Shown: piece after piece, positions 1 through 11,776 of the stretch | Numbering within the stretch: position 1 is the first letter of the stretch | Layout of the letters: every line of letters begins with the position of its first letter | DNA from: Toensbergia leucococca | Taxonomy: Eukaryota | Length of the DNA stretch: 33,386 bases | Direction of reading: 5' to 3' | NCBI GenBank assembly: GCA_022813965.1 | Contig: JALDZS010000084.1 | Span: forward strand, 62,001-95,386 | Position numbers and translations under genes: made by a program | The notes under the pieces: generated by a model | Database searches by the model: none | What the model saw: only the letters and a program-made list of their open reading frames with translations | What the model was told of the DNA's origin: nothing

Positions 1-354
1 GCAAGCTGGCGAGTCTGAAAGTTGGCGATGGTTGTATCAATGAGCGCGGAAGTATAGCAGAGACTCATAGTGGCTATGAATTCGATGAACTGATAGGCTT
101 GTTACTCGTGTCTTGTCTTTTGTTTATGGAACGTAAGTACAAACGGCAGATCTCCAAATAGTCAGTTTATTCCAGTCGTCGGCCAGATAGTGGAAAACAA
201 GACTTCGGATGCCAAGCTCTTTGACAGCCCGCACAGTATCTGATCTCTGAATTGCAGCAAAGGAGCCTCGGAATTGGGCGGGCGGCGCTGGCGTCAGCTG
301 GGTTGTGAAGGACCGGGGTAGGGGCTCCATTGGAAGCTCGGTGGACAGGGACAT
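1..354 (-). CDS. Aquaporin (MIP family, probably fungal XIP subgroup), 5' part; gene continues past the left edge
   Basis: Exon 1 354-145 (MSLSTELPMEP...DDWNKLTIWRSA), phase-0 intron 144-90 (GTTTGT...ATCAG), exon 2 89-1 (FIEFIATMSLCYTSALIDTTIANFQTRQLA). The spliced WRSAFIEFIAT matches the TM1 'AEFxxT' signature of MIP channels. The NPA boxes lie outside the window, so the subgroup is inferred. Confidence 0.72.
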
Positions 355-1015
355 TACGAATCAATAAGTATAGAGAAGGATTAGGATAGCAAGACGAAGT
401 CATAGGGACGGTTGGATCTGAAGAGCAATAGTACAAGTATATACATGTTGACGGAAGATGGCCCTGACTAAGGGACTTGGGTGGAGTCAGTCCGCACCTT
501 GGCCAGTAGTGCCTTACGCAGCCAGAAGTTAGAGACTCAGAGGACTGCCGTCAAGTTCCGCGAGCAATTAGAATTAGTGCAAGCCATCACGGACAGGCTC
601 GGGGTTTAAATGCGGGCCCGAGGTCGCAGGCTCGGCTTCCGAACTCTCCTCATCCCTAAACACCTAAACATCTTTGTAACCGTTTGAAATGCTTAAGGTA
701 TCTAGCACCATTTCAGCTTACCATCTCGGCTCTGCCAATCTGAACCATTCAATTAGACTGATCTTGATTTCCTGCTTATTGATAGCTGACTTGGACGTCA
801 AAGCTGACCGACCATCAATAAATCGCTGCACTAGCCTTTGAAGACATCCTTGGGGAGGTTCATGAACATATAATGACCTTCTACATCCCATGACTCTCAA
901 CGTCTCCACCAATTAATTGTCAGTCTAACCTCACAATACCCCAAATCCGCCAAGAAAACAAAGAAAAATACCCAAGATCATATACAGATCTTCATTAATC
1001 CTCCAACCAAAGACC

Positions 1016-2136
1016 ATGGCCTCCCCCCTTCAAAACGCAGTCCGCTTCTCTCAAACCGGCCCTGTAGCCACCGTCCTAACAATCCAACAAACCCTCAAGC
1101 CCACTCCTCCACCTTCCTACAGCCTAATCCAAATCCGCGCCTCAGCCATCAACCCCTCCGACGTCGGCAACGTCGAAGGCCGCTTTCCCCAAGCGACCAC
1201 CACCCCCCGAACCCCAGGTCGTGACTTCGCCGGCGTGGTTGCCGAAGGCCCTGCTCACACTCTTGGTAAAAGAGTCTGGGGGACTGGAGGTAGTAACGGC
1301 TTTGACCGAGACGGGAGCCATGCTGAATGGATTGTTGTGCCCTCGGATGCCGTCGAGGAGATGCCGGCAAACCTATCTTTTGCGCAGGCGGCAGCTTGTG
1401 GGGTTGGGTTTTTGACTGCAAGTGGGATGGTGGATCGGGCCGCTGTGCGAAAAGGGGACCACGTGCTCATTCTAGGCAAGCACCCCCTTCAACCCACCTC
1501 ACGAAGATACCGCACAAGAAGAAAAAACAGCCCGATAACCAGAAAAAACCAGCAGGTTCCTCCGGCGCCGTCGGCACAGCAGCAACGCAACTCCTAAGTC
1601 TCACCGGCGCAATCCCCCTCCTCACCTCCCGCCGAAGCGAACCAAACTCAATCAACATAACCCAAGACCTTGGCCCCCAAATCGTAACGACAACCACGGG
1701 GAAAGGCGTCGTGGCCATAATCGACTGCGTAGGCGAAGCCAGCCTCTTCAAAAAAGCCCTTGAAGCCCTCGGAGAAAACGGCCGCTAGTAATGTCCCCAT
1801 CCTCCGAATACTCCCAAACTCCAACAACTAACCTCACCCGCAAACAGCGTCTTCATCACCGCCGGTCGCACCCCTGGTTTTCAGTTTACCCTCGACGCCC
1901 TCGACTTCTACCGGCACAACAAATCTCTAATCGGGCTTAACACGCTGCCCATCTCTTTTGAAGATTCTTCTGCCACACTGGCGAAACTGAAGCAGGGATT
2001 TGAGACTGGAGCGCTGATGCCGCCGCAGGCGATTGAGGAGGTTGATTTGGCGGATCAAGGGGCTGTGGTGGAGGCGTATGAAAAGGTGAAGGCAGGGGCC
2101 AAGGCGAAGCTGGTTTTGGTGAATGGGAATTTGTGA
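1016..2136 (+). CDS. Medium-chain dehydrogenase/reductase, non-zinc quinone oxidoreductase/zeta-crystallin type, about 326 aa
   Basis: Exons 1016-1475, 1556-1787 and 1848-2136 (981 nt, in frame). Intron 1 is GC-AG. Intron 2 is GTAATG...CTAAC...ACAG. Motifs ASAINPSD, TPGRDFAG, GSHAEW and spliced Rossmann VLILGSSGAVG; no catalytic Zn Cys or GHE motif. Confidence 0.9.
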
Positions 2137-2370
2137 TGTGGCGGTAGCGTATCCTGTGCTGTTGCTTAGCTTATAGTCTGAGTTACGTGAGGGCTACTTT
2201 GAGGTTAGGATTTGTAGCAGAATCCAGAATTTGGATATTTGATCATCAGGTTGGGGGGCGATTTTGTTGACGAGGGCTTTGACTTGCTTTGATTCGGGAT
2301 ATGGAAAGCTCATCTTGAAGGAGGCGAGGTTGGTTCTGTAAGAATAAAGATCACAGTCTCTTGATCACAC

Positions 2371-2520
2371 TTCCTCTCCTTTTCCCCCCTGCTTTCTCTC
2401 TCTCTCAATATGTCTTTTCATTCTGTTCAATCTTCTCCTTTTTCTCTCGCTGTTTTCATGGTCATTGCATTCTCAATCCCATTCTCTCAACCTCTCTCTC
2501 TCTCTCACACACTCTTCCAC
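2371..2520. repeat. Pyrimidine-rich tract with (CT)n microsatellites
   Basis: (TC)6 at 2395-2406 and about (CT)7 at 2492-2506 followed by short (AC)n, in a C/T-rich background. Confidence 0.75.
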
Positions 2521-3271
2521 CGTGCCTCTAATAAGAAATTAAAAAAGAGAACACAAATCAGGAGTTCACTTACGGTGTTTTATCATTAGTGATTTTTTCA
2601 AGACCTTAGATCAGGAAGAAAAGTAATTTGAGAGTGAGAGCAAGATGGAGAAAAGCTGGGAAGGAAGATGTTTTTTTAATGATCAGTCCGAGAAATTGAA
2701 GTGTTCTGTACCATTGCTTTTCCAATGTCTAATCCAAAATGCAGATCCCATCGAGGCACAACAAGTGCAGGGCGGAGGACCAGGTATATTCTCAATGCTG
2801 TGAAGATTCGAGCTCGAAGAGGCTTCTTGGAGCTTTTGCCTTTTTTCAAACACTCTGTATGCTGCCTTCGCTCACGTACCTATCTCAGGCGAACAACACG
2901 TCTTTGAGTTTATGTACTAGGGTATATGATGCATAACCACAAATATACCTCGAGACTTGCACCCAATATATAGTCATTCGATCCAACAAGAATCTTTTAT
3001 CAGAGAATGTCTTAGCTACGTTCATTGCTAGCGGTAGAGCGAAAGGTGCTTTTGAGATATAGGGTGAGCGAGTTTGAAAGTCTGTAAAGACATGAAGAAG
3101 CTTGTAGCTTTTATCTCTCGCTCTAAAACTGATGCCGTAGAGATAATAAACGTCTAGAGAGCAGAATCTCTTCCCCAGGCTTTGCAATTTTGCAAATTTT
3201 ACTCCACGATATGCACGGGTATGGGGAATTTCTGGGGAACGCGTTGTAACGGTGAAACGAATACAGAATAC

Positions 3272-5211
3272 TCAAATGGTGTCCTTCGCTTGCTCTGGAT
3301 GTTGCGAGTATGCCACTTGAGGGTCTGTTGTCGTACGACCGGCGCAGTGTTCGAAGATAACTTCCGTCATTTCTTTGCCCTTTGGTGGTTGGAGCTGCTC
3401 CATCTCGTTTATGAGAGGAAGTGCCGTTGAGAATTCTAGGTATATTTCTGCTAGGACGGTTTTGATTACTGGAGTGAGTGTCGTGTTAGACTTCAGATCA
3501 AAATACGGTCGAATACAAATACTTGATACTCTACTTTGCTACTTCAGGGGTGAGAAAGGTATTAAAGGGTAATGACATACCTGTAAGGGCGAGTTCCTTC
3601 CCAATGCAGGCCCGAGGTCCGATAGAGAAAGTGAAAAGCTTTTTCGACAACGCTCGGTACTGACCGGGATCGATGAGCCAGCGAGATGGGTCAAATTCAG
3701 ACGGACGGGGAAAGATGGCGGGGTTGCGGTTTATGAGGTATGGCTGGGAAGATACTATGGTCTGTAGGAAAATCAAGAGCCTAGTCAGCGATATTTCATC
3801 CTAGAATGTCCTTCAGCTCTTGTGACAGGAACATTGTCAGTGAGAATAAAATAAGGATAGTAGCATACTCCTGCTGGGAGATAGTAGCGCTCTATCACAC
3901 AGCCACCATGAGGCACGACCCGAGGTTGGTGGGAGTTGATATTATCGGCAAGGCGGAGGCCCTCCATGATTACCGCGTTGAGGTATGGTAGGCTGTCAAT
4001 AATTGAATAGCATCTGTCTGAAGCCCAAGGCGGCAGGAAAGCTGCAAGCTCGTCTCGAAGGCGGCGTTGCATTATTGGATACATGCTTAGCTGTTTGATA
4101 ATAAATTCCAAACAATTTGGAACGCTTTCTTGGGCGGCTCCTGAAGTAGTCAAGTGTCAGACAAGGCTTCAGAGATTACGAATGGGGTTTGCCTTACCAA
4201 TGTGGTCGAGAATTTCACTCGCTCGCTCTTCTCTGTCAAGCCGTCTGCCTCTATCAGCCCCATTCCAAATCCAAATCTTGCCGTAGATGCTGTAATCTCC
4301 GTTGAGTAAAGCTAGCTTCTCACGAGATTTTTCGTTTGTTTCATATCTCGATATCAGTTCGGAAACCCAAGCCTGAGCTTTTGCACGTGCAATTGGACCG
4401 CTTCGAGCAATGAGGTGACTAATGTGTCTGAAGGGAGCTTCACTTTCCCAAAAGAAAAAGCCTTGCTGTTTTTCATCATGATATAAATCCATGACGTCCA
4501 TACCAATATCATTCATAGTGTTTGGCCCCGCTGTCAGCTTGTCGAGGAAATTTGTACCTTCAGTCTGCGAAAAGGCGCAGGCTGTAGATACATCCATCTG
4601 AAGGGCCCGGAAAATGTTACAAGCTACGATCAGACCTCTTTTGTCTTCATACGTATCATTATTCCTTGCCTGCCGACGTATGAAACATATCAATTTTGCG
4701 ACTCGAGTCTTGATGAGCATCTGCACTCGGTAACTTGATATTGCTGTCTTTGAGTAGGCTGAAGCGTAAATCCGTCGACGTTGGAAATGGGCTTGGCTGG
4801 AACCAAAGGAGAACATATTTTGTTTACTTGATAGATCCAAAATCAATTTTCTGTGAGCCAAGACCAGCTAAGGAGAAAAGGTACGCACCCAAACGTCGAA
4901 AAGACATCATACCATGTAGATCTTTCGAAGCCGCCACCGTATACGATCTCTATTCCCTTAATGGACGAGATAGAGACCTCATTTGGTCCGACCCTGATAA
5001 TTGGGCGAACTTTGCCAGTCTCATCCATATGGGCATTGTAATACGCGATTCGGCGGCCATGAAAGTAAACGGTATGAAGGCTGTGGCGTCGGGACCACGG
5101 CGCCTACCAATGAATAGGCGGAATGCGTGACAGATGACCCGAACACTCATACAGCCAGGCACGATAAAGAACAAACAGAAAGAATGCAAGGGAGAGTAGA
5201 GTCAGTAACAT
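3272..5211 (-). pseudogene. Cytochrome P450, full-length 5-exon model with a single premature TAG at codon 36
   Basis: Exons 5211-4889, 4826-4198, 4140-3869, 3761-3581 and 3468-3272 total 1602 nt (534 codons), all GT-AG. N-terminal membrane anchor MLLTLLSLAFFLFVLYR, IIRVGPNEVS, K-helix YLNAVIMEGLRL (ExxR), EFDPSRW and heme motif FSIGPRACIG. In-frame TAG at 5106-5104 (IPPIHW*APWS). Confidence 0.85.
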
Positions 5212-6599
5212 GACAGCGAAACAGAATCAAAGCGTAACTTTAGAGCTAATTGTGATAAATCAGAGACGTCAAGGACCGCAGGGAGCAGTACAATGACAAT
5301 GATATATATACACTGGCTTCCTAAGTCAGCCATGAACCACTTGATCAGGATGATCAATGCCATAGAGCAGCCTTAAGCCCCGCGGAATCCAGAAACTAAT
5401 TTCCCCCTATCAAAAAGACATTGGCTGTCTAAAGTTCAAATAGCCGTGCCAACAAGATCACCGAATCAAGCGAGGGAAAGGCAAAAAGTAGACGGCATGT
5501 TGAATGAGTCCAAGGCATCCCATCAAGTGATCACACTGTTTGATATTGAAGCCCTACTGATTGATGATATTTGCACGGCGTGAACGCAGTAATGTGTCAG
5601 CCATCTTGCCTTGAGGCAGGATGATGCTCAAGGGTCAGAGTTACCTTTTGAAAGGAACAGTGCGTGGAATCGATACCCCGCGAACTCGACTCCTCTTTCT
5701 TACTCACTATAGCTAGTTCAGGGCTAGTAGTAAGGTGGAGTTTGGAGTGCATATTGCTGCTTCTATGACACTGGTAGCAAGACTTCGCGGGCCTAGGAGA
5801 TTAGCTGAAGATTAGCTGAAGATAGAAAGGTCGGTCCGTGTGAGGCTGTGGATAGTGAAGAAGGTCTGAACGTTGGATTAAAGCTCAGATAAGGCTGTTT
5901 GTCCCACTCGGATTTAGCGACATCTAATTACAAAGAAAAGAAATAGGGGACCTAGAATACCTAAGGTAGGTGCCAGCCTCCCGCCACCCGCTTACTGCAG
6001 CTGAACGCAGGCTTTCACACTTGAGCATTTATCTTAGGCTCCAGGTACCATCTAGTTAAAAATCTGCCCATCACACCACTGCACCAAATTTTCATCAACA
6101 CAAAACGTCGGCCCAATCAGACCCATGGATTATATGCATGCTAAATAACATTGCATCAGAACCACCATCCAAGACCACCCCGTTCCTTCGTAACGGCTTG
6201 AGTATTGATAGGCACGCATATCGTCACCGTGCTTTTAATCCTACCTACCCTCAAATCCCGACGTTGAAATTGAACAGATACGTGCTTGGCAGAGCCGTTT
6301 CTAAGAGCAGCAGGCCTTCAAATACTTCAAATCAAGTGCTATAGACGAAGGATTAGTTGCATCTTAATGGTAGCTGGAAGGGTGCTGCAGAAAGTGTGAC
6401 ATGAAACTCCTGATCACATTCCTTTTTTCTTCTGCTGTCAGGCAGGGATGGGGATCTATAGCGTCTTGCTTTGCCAGCCATTAGACTTGCTTTTTCAGTC
6501 TGGTGAGTCATACCCTCCTTTCTGCGCCTCTTCTCTAGAGATGGCCCTTCCAGCTAGAACCTCCCTTCTCCGCCATACGATCCATGGTATTTCAAATAA

Positions 6600-9500
6600 A
6601 AATTGAGTGTGGAGTTTGATCTTTAAGCTCTTGGTGGATGTCTTTTATTATCTTGAGTATGTGTATGTGTGATCAACCACGTTGGCCTGGTGCTGTCCTC
6701 TTATCACAGGACTTACTTTGTCAATCTTGCGATGTGTTATTGAGGCAGCCACACATGTGATATTCACACTTCTGAAGCCAGCCATTCTTCTTACTTATGG
6801 TCTCAATAGGGGTAAGTGTGTCTGCGTTAATGAGCTTGACTCTTGTGATGATGACAGTGCTGGTGGAAGAGTCAAGGGCGACAAGGCGTATGGTCGATGT
6901 TGTTGGAGAGGGCGAAGTTCACGCTCCATTACTTCAAATCTTTGAAAGCACACGTATCCTATTCTGTGCTGTCTGTTCTGTCAGCTGGGCTAGATTCTCA
7001 AAATGAGGATCTGTGAAGCCGCGTACCTTGCATCTCCTGTGGATTTAGCGGCAGTTCAGCGGTGAGGGAGCACATAAGTGGGTACAATGCGCGGCACTTG
7101 GATATGCTTGAAATCTTTATTGAAGCTTAGAATATACTTTTTTTCTGCTTGTGGACAGCTCGAATTTCTTCTGCGGCGGCTAGCAAAGGGTCTAAAGCCT
7201 GAACGAGTGTTATTAGCGGTTGTGTGAGGGAAATAGGAAGGGAGGATGAGTGGCACTTGCCTCATCCGCGGTGCTGTGTCTTAGAGGTATTTCATAGTGT
7301 GTGATGGTATTGGTATGCAATACTATCAATCAACTTTGACTAAATCAAGTGTGCTTTACCTCATTATATATATATGAGTATGTATATAGGTATATTCCTT
7401 CCGAGCAAGGATATGATCTCATTGTCACATCCTGGAAATCGATACGCTGCTGTAGATTTCACAATGCCAAGAGCTACTTTGGAGGGCATTCTTTCCTGAG
7501 CTGATCCTTACTGTGGTGGATAAGTGAGAGAAATTGATTGATCGGTATTGACTTCGTATGTTCGTGTCGTCAGGGTCAGGAGAGATGGTACCACCCGCAG
7601 CGAATCCATCTGAGCACCTCGTATCTATTTCTTCTCATAGTGCGAAGATGAAAGTACGCAAAAGGGTGAGGAAGTCAGTGAGAGAGAAGTCATCAGACAA
7701 AGTCAAGAAGAAATCAGGGAAGTCGGAACTTGGTAAGAGTGTGCTGAATCTACGCTGGTGGCGATTCTACAGAGCCGGGGAGTTGGTGATTTGGCGGCGT
7801 CTTATCTTCTCCTCTGAGGACCGAATTGCAGCGAATCCTTGAGACCATGCTGCCGCAGATACAATCTATGATGCAGAAGTGACCGATATGAATTGCGCAA
7901 TTTCACTATTCGGCCAGCAAAGCTCGCCCGGTCTGTTTTCGGTGTTCGGAGATGCTGTCGGTGAACGGCATGGTTGAAAACAAATCTGCAATCTTGTGCT
8001 GATTGTATGCCGTTGCTTGTGTGAGAACTTCAATATCTTGGCTTGATTCATCAACAGTGAGATTCATGAAATCATCCAGGATCCATCGGTTCCGATTTTG
8101 GACTTTTGACAACTTCTTTTCCCCATATGTTCCCATCTTGCTAGGTATTCCTGGACAAAAGCCAGACGAAATTTACCGGGAAGCTTTATTTCTATGAGGT
8201 CAATCTTCTGCTTGAACAGCGAGGGAGGATTAATCGAAATAAGCCTTTGAGCCCAAGTCAAACGTGCCGTCTCACATCTGAGGTTTGTCGTGAGTCTAAT
8301 TATGTTAAAAACAGCCTTAAAGTCTTCATGTTCCATGATTCTCGCCGAAAGGAGATATTGGTTCCACGATAATGGCCATCAGTGTAGACAACCTGGATAC
8401 TGCATGTAGCCTGGTTGCTTCCCAGATCGTTCAGAGTGAACTCATCTTAGGACGAGTCTTTTACTCATGTTTCAGGTCGAATGTAGAAAATCCGCTGACA
8501 TTCAATTCGACTACACATGTATCATGGTGTTTAGTAAGATATGTCGTTTCAAAAGGCGCAGCTGACCTAGGCGAATAAAAAAGCCTACTTGGGTCAAGGG
8601 CTGAATCGAGGGATGCGTTAGGAGGCGACTTGAGGGCGTATGGTGTTCGAATCCATTGTCACCCGTTCTGGGTACGATATATGAGGCCCGTGCTTGCTGC
8701 TAAGCCTACTTCAGAGACTCTCGGCCCGATGAGGTGGTGCGCTATGAAGGTGAAATGGTTGGGTGGAGAAGTGTGTGGCGTGGCTGATGTTGCTTCCTGA
8801 CAGCGATTTGCTTCTTTCACTGTGGTTCCCTCACCTCAACGTGTGTCAATGGAGTGACTGGTCTGGAGATTGCCAAACGGTTTGGAGGCTCTGACTGTGT
8901 ATGTAAGCGTGGTTTGGGGTCTGGAAAGCGGCCGTATTTACCTCATTCATGCGGCTTTGTTACGAAGATCTTGAGAGGAACACGATAGCTCTTTAGGACA
9001 ACCTTTTCTCTTGCAACTGTCATCACATGAACGCTTGCCGTTGCATTTATGCTAGTTCATTGACCTTAGGACATCTAGGAAGTCTTACTCCCATACAACC
9101 TAAAGCCATCAGCGGTATATACGTCTTGATGAGAGGGGTTGTGACTACCTGCTGGTGTAGGAACAGTCTCAATGTCGTCCCGTGGGCGAAGTCGCCCAAG
9201 CATGCTCAATTACAGAAGACGGGAGGACCGAGAGTCTTTCATGCCGGGAGAGAGAGTGAGAAAGAAGAGGTAGGAAAGAGGCAAATTTATACCTGGTGAT
9301 GATAGAAAGGAATAGAGTTATGAATGTGTGCTTGATGTAAGAGATGAAAGCAAGTGCAGTGAAGAGAATTGTCGTTGATAGGCCAACTGTCTAGTTTATT
9401 TGTGAAAGAGCGAGAAGGGTTGTAAGGTAGTGAAGATGAATGCTTCTGTAAGAAAGGGAAGTGACTTGAGATGGTTGTGTAAGGTATGTACGGTATGAGA

Positions 9501-10480
9501 TGGGAGAATGTATTTGAAAAAGAAAGTGTTTGTTGGAGGCCTTGTGTCCCAGTTTCCGGCGGCAAATGAGAATTGTAAACTGTTGAGATAATTGATCTGA
9601 CGTTGAGGGCAGGACCAAGGCTGGCGGGTCACTCTTCTTAAGATGGGTTTCTATCTGATCACGATGCCGTACAGTAGTAGATGAACTGGCCCCAGGCATT
9701 CTGCAGTGCTGCTAAGATGAGCACTGAGGTGGTGGGTTCTGAGATATAGTCAGCGTGAGGATGAACTTGCTGCCTTGTAGACGGGGGATCTCACCTACGG
9801 ACGTCGTGACGATTTTCAATGAAGAGAGGATGTTATTAGATTATTCATTGCAGAATATGAGGGCGGTGGAAAGGTAGCTGCGATTGTGGGGTGATCAGTT
9901 CTGAATGTATATGCGTGAGTGGTGGTTGTGTGGACGATTATTTTGTGGACATGTTTTGTCATCGCTGACTTCGTTGATATTGATATTCCAATTCACGTCC
10001 CCGTCATCGTTGATACGGCTGATACGGGAATCTCATATTTCACTAACCAGAATCAATTCAAGGTCATCCCAAATAGATGGTCTGATGATGTTGTCAGAAG
10101 GAGTATCAGTCATATGTTCTTCATACTTTGCAATGCTTTGAGGTAAGCCTTAAGTTCAAAAGCAGTACATATAAAATTGAAGTCAATGCTAGTGAAGAAG
10201 CTAATGTTTTCACTGATGAAAGAGCTCAGCTTGACGGTAATGCCGTGGGACTCTCAGAATAATTGCTGAGTAAAGCAGAGACTGTGAAGCAAGTAATGAG
10301 AAATAGCTAAGGCTGGTCACGCACGGCATCAATCAAAGCATTAGACTTAGCACATGTGGTTTTGTGAAATTGCTCGCGAACATGACAGTCAGTCAAGTTC
10401 TGATGATAACGAATAGAATAGTGTTGCAATGTCCAGATTAACTGTTGAGCAATTTCTGGCTCAACATTTGTTTCTCATGC
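6600..10480 (-). pseudogene. Possible heavily decayed coding relic(s) of unknown family
   Basis: Minus-strand frames read protein-like across scattered stops and frameshifts, e.g. about 7920-7560 WPNSEIAQFISVTSAS*IVSAAAWSQGFAAIRSSEEKIRRRQITNSPAL*NRHQRRFSTLLPSSDFPDFFLTLSDDFSLTDFLTLLRTFIFAL*EEID and about 10140-9900 IAKYEEHMTDTPSDNIIRPSIWDDLELILVSEI*DSRISRINDDGDVNW. No family recognised; boundaries approximate. Confidence 0.25.
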
Positions 10481-10729
10481 TTTGAAGATAGCAGTGGGTA
10501 ACAAAAATGTCTTTCTCTGAAAATTAGCCCACGGTTCAATGACTTCTAAAGTGCCTTATTATCCTCTATATTGTATGTGTTGAACGCAGACCTTCCAAAT
10601 TACAGAGCCAAAACGCCTTTCACATTACCCAAACGTGTTCTAAGAATTGGCAAAAAGCACATTAGCAAGTGAAAGGCATCCACAAATATAAAATAGAAGA
10701 TGGACTCTCCATTGCGAGGGGTTTCCCCT

Positions 10730-11776
10730 CTATGAAGTAAAAGACCTGATCCTAGGCACCATGGACCGCTTGGTACGGGATTTCCTCCGTGCTTGGGCGG
10801 CGTCAGCTAGGAGTGTGGTCCAACAACCGAGTACAATTTTCTGCATCCAACGCTGTTCTTCATGTGCAAGCCTTACTTGTTTCTTGGCAATGTCTGATGG
10901 CTTTAGCTTCATTGGCATTGATGACTGGTCCCCAGATCTCGATACGATCATAGTATCGAAGTCGTAATCGCCATTCTTTCTCGCAAGCAGGTCCCCCAGC
11001 TGGCAAGACTGTTGCACCAGTTGTTCTATACCCTTTTCTAATCTTAACGCTCGAGCTTCGATATCCTTCCAATAGTCCGGTCCCCAAAAAGGATCCTCAT
11101 CTAAGGCACTTTTTAAAGTCGAAAGCCAAAAGTCGAATACAGGAAGGCTTGAAGCTTGACCAGGCTCTCTTAAGGATTGAGATAGTCGACAGGTTACCAG
11201 GACCATCCTTATAGTGGGTTCTGCCTGAAGGACATGAGTCACTACGCATGCTAAAAAGTAGGTTAGTAGGTACTTGGCTAATTGACACTGAAGCGACCTT
11301 ACGTACCTGGGCAACCTCGAGTTGCACACCAATCTGCTTCGTCGATGAAAAAACATTGGAGCCATGAAAAAGCTCCCCGCGCCTCGCTTCTAAAGGCCAA
11401 TTCGAGGTCAAAGGTATTCCGCGTAGATAGTAGAGACTCTGCCAGACTAGAGGCTTCACGATAAATTTGAGATATGGGAAGAATCAAAGCATGAGTGATG
11501 TCCCGGTGAAGAAGCCATGCTTGCTCCTCCTCTTGGCAGGCAGGCTGGTGATGTTCACAGAAGCTATTCACAGTCAGTTCCACGGGCTCCCGGCAGCAAA
11601 GGCTCAACACACGCAGACTGCTGGTCATTTGCAAGCAATTCTCGAATTATCTGAAAGGCCTCACACTCTTCGAGTGCCACGGCGTCCTGCGCCTTGACTG
11701 CAAAGGGAGAAGTCCTTGTAGTGGCTTCAGCGTGCGACAAAGGAAAAGTTAAAGACCGATTGAGCTCCATACTCAT
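10730..11776 (-). CDS. Uncharacterised fungal protein, about 313 aa, with a WCxxxxCPAC motif
   Basis: Exons 11776-11613, 11563-11307 and 11250-10730 (942 nt). Introns GTGTGT...ACTGAC...ATAG (49 nt) and GTACGT...CTAAC...TTAG (56 nt) join three ORF-track fragments into one frame (FCEHH...LLHRDITHALILP...DWCATRGCPACVV...ALDEDPFWGPDYW). Confidence 0.8.

Noticed and set aside
2701..3187. Short overlapping ORFs between the reductase and the P450
   Set aside because: No recognisable motif or coherent splice model; lengths are compatible with chance.
3762..3868. Possible nested intron (two CTGAC branch sites) in P450 intron 3
   Set aside because: Use of the first acceptor neither recreates a donor nor keeps the frame open (AGC TGA).
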